Made by a program: the position numbers and the translations under genes. Below the pieces are notes generated by a model, which saw nothing but the letters and a program-made list of their open reading frames with translations, ran no database searches and was not told the origin of the DNA. This document shows, piece by piece, positions 63,233 to 64,000 of a stretch of 64,000 nt of DNA (within the stretch, counting starts at the first letter, position 1; every line of letters starts with the position of its first letter). Location: the NCBI GenBank assembly GCA_963833985.1, contig CAWIAD010000001.1, positions 1,504,001-1,568,000 on the forward strand. Direction: 5' to 3'. Origin of the DNA: an uncultured Planctomycetaceae bacterium. Lineage in GTDB: Bacteria; Planctomycetota; Planctomycetia; Isosphaerales; Isosphaeraceae.

Positions 63233-64000
63233 ATGCCCCATCACTTGCGCTCTCGCCGCTTTGAACTCGAGCCTCTTGAACCGCGTCTCGCTCTGAGCGG
63301 GACGACCCCTGCCAGCGTGATTGGAACGGCCGCGGGGGTCGTCTCACACCCGCATGAGATCAGCCGCACCTCGACCCAAGTGGCTCCCCGAAATATCACC
63401 CCCCGCAAGCCGGCGACGATCTTCGGGATGTTCGTGACACCGGAGGCCGGGAGTACGCTTCATCCCAGGATCCTGGCTGCAACCGGCAACACAGGAAAGC
63501 CCTTGCCCCTCCGGTTCGGCCGGCCGTTCCGCCCCGGCGTCTCCGGATCGGCCGTGGCGTTCGCCAAGCTGAAATCCACCGGCAGCCTCAACACGGCGGT
63601 CACCGGGGCGCAGGCGACCACGGGGGCCTATCAGGCGCAAACGACCCTGGTGGGAGATGTGAACGGCGACGGCCAGGTGAACTTCGCCGACTTGCAGGCG
63701 TTCGCTCCGGCGTTCGGATCCAAGATCGGTAGTCCCAGCTATAACCCGGCTGCCGACTTCAACCACAACGGCTTCATCGGATTGAACGATGCCAAGGCGC
63801 TGTTGAAGAACATGCAGCCGCTGACGCCCTACCTGCCGCTGACTGCGCGTTTTACCCTGGCACCTCAGGACCAGATCCACTATTCCGGCCCGTCCATCAA
63901 CGGGGCGGCGACGTTCCAGCAGACGGTGACCATCCTCGGCCACACCACGCCGGGAAGCCTGGTGATTCAGGATAATAACACGTCCAGGCTACCAGGCGGC
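63233..64000 (+). CDS. Planctomycete extracellular protein with a dockerin type I-like domain, runs off the window edge
   Basis: Manual translation gives MPHHLRSRRFELEPLEPRLALSG...GDVNGDGQVNFADL...AADFNHNGFIGLNDAKALL, with a GGAGGG RBS. It is absent from the ORF track because it has no stop in the window. Confidence 0.8.
   Translation, partial: MPHHLRSRRFELEPLEPRLALSGTTPASVIGTAAGVVSHPHEISRTSTQVAPRNITPRKPATIFGMFVTPEAGSTLHPRILAATGNTGKPLPLRFGRPFRPGVSGSAVAFAKLKSTGSLNTAVTGAQATTGAYQAQTTLVGDVNGDGQVNFADLQAFAPAFGSKIGSPSYNPAADFNHNGFIGLNDAKALLKNMQPLTPYLPLTARFTLAPQDQIHYSGPSINGAATFQQTVTILGHTTPGSLVIQDNNTSRLPGG

Overview
GC-rich bacterial DNA whose gene content points to a planctomycete (Isosphaeraceae-like). 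Signs are ECF sigma/Ser-Thr kinase pairs, two 'LE.LE.R..LS' planctomycete extracellular N-termini and a DUF1570 protein. About 13 apparent small-indel frameshifts in otherwise intact genes suggest an unpolished long-read assembly. The left part (1-25.6 kb) is accessory-looking: wzm/wzt, an ECF-kinase pair, a TPR protein, an arylsulfotransferase, a complete IS1634 (19-bp IRs, TGGAAA target duplication) and an IS701 remnant. It also holds a ~2000-aa kinase-STAND-TPR-FGE/CLec protein whose 3' end looks like a remote DGR variable region, an ECF42/DGPF module, and a tRNA-Ala with a 41-bp att duplication enclosing a PIN toxin-antitoxin pair. The middle holds a GT2 / BshC-like / GNAT / atypical disulfide reductase cluster, GT-C-like membrane proteins, and a ferredoxin plus diheme peroxidase behind a Fur-like box. 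The right part holds a kinase-FHA-M48 protease cluster with an ATPase-less FHA-FHA-ABC2 permease, a STAS protein, an RND adaptor and a dockerin protein. All family calls come from motif recognition by eye; no searches were run.
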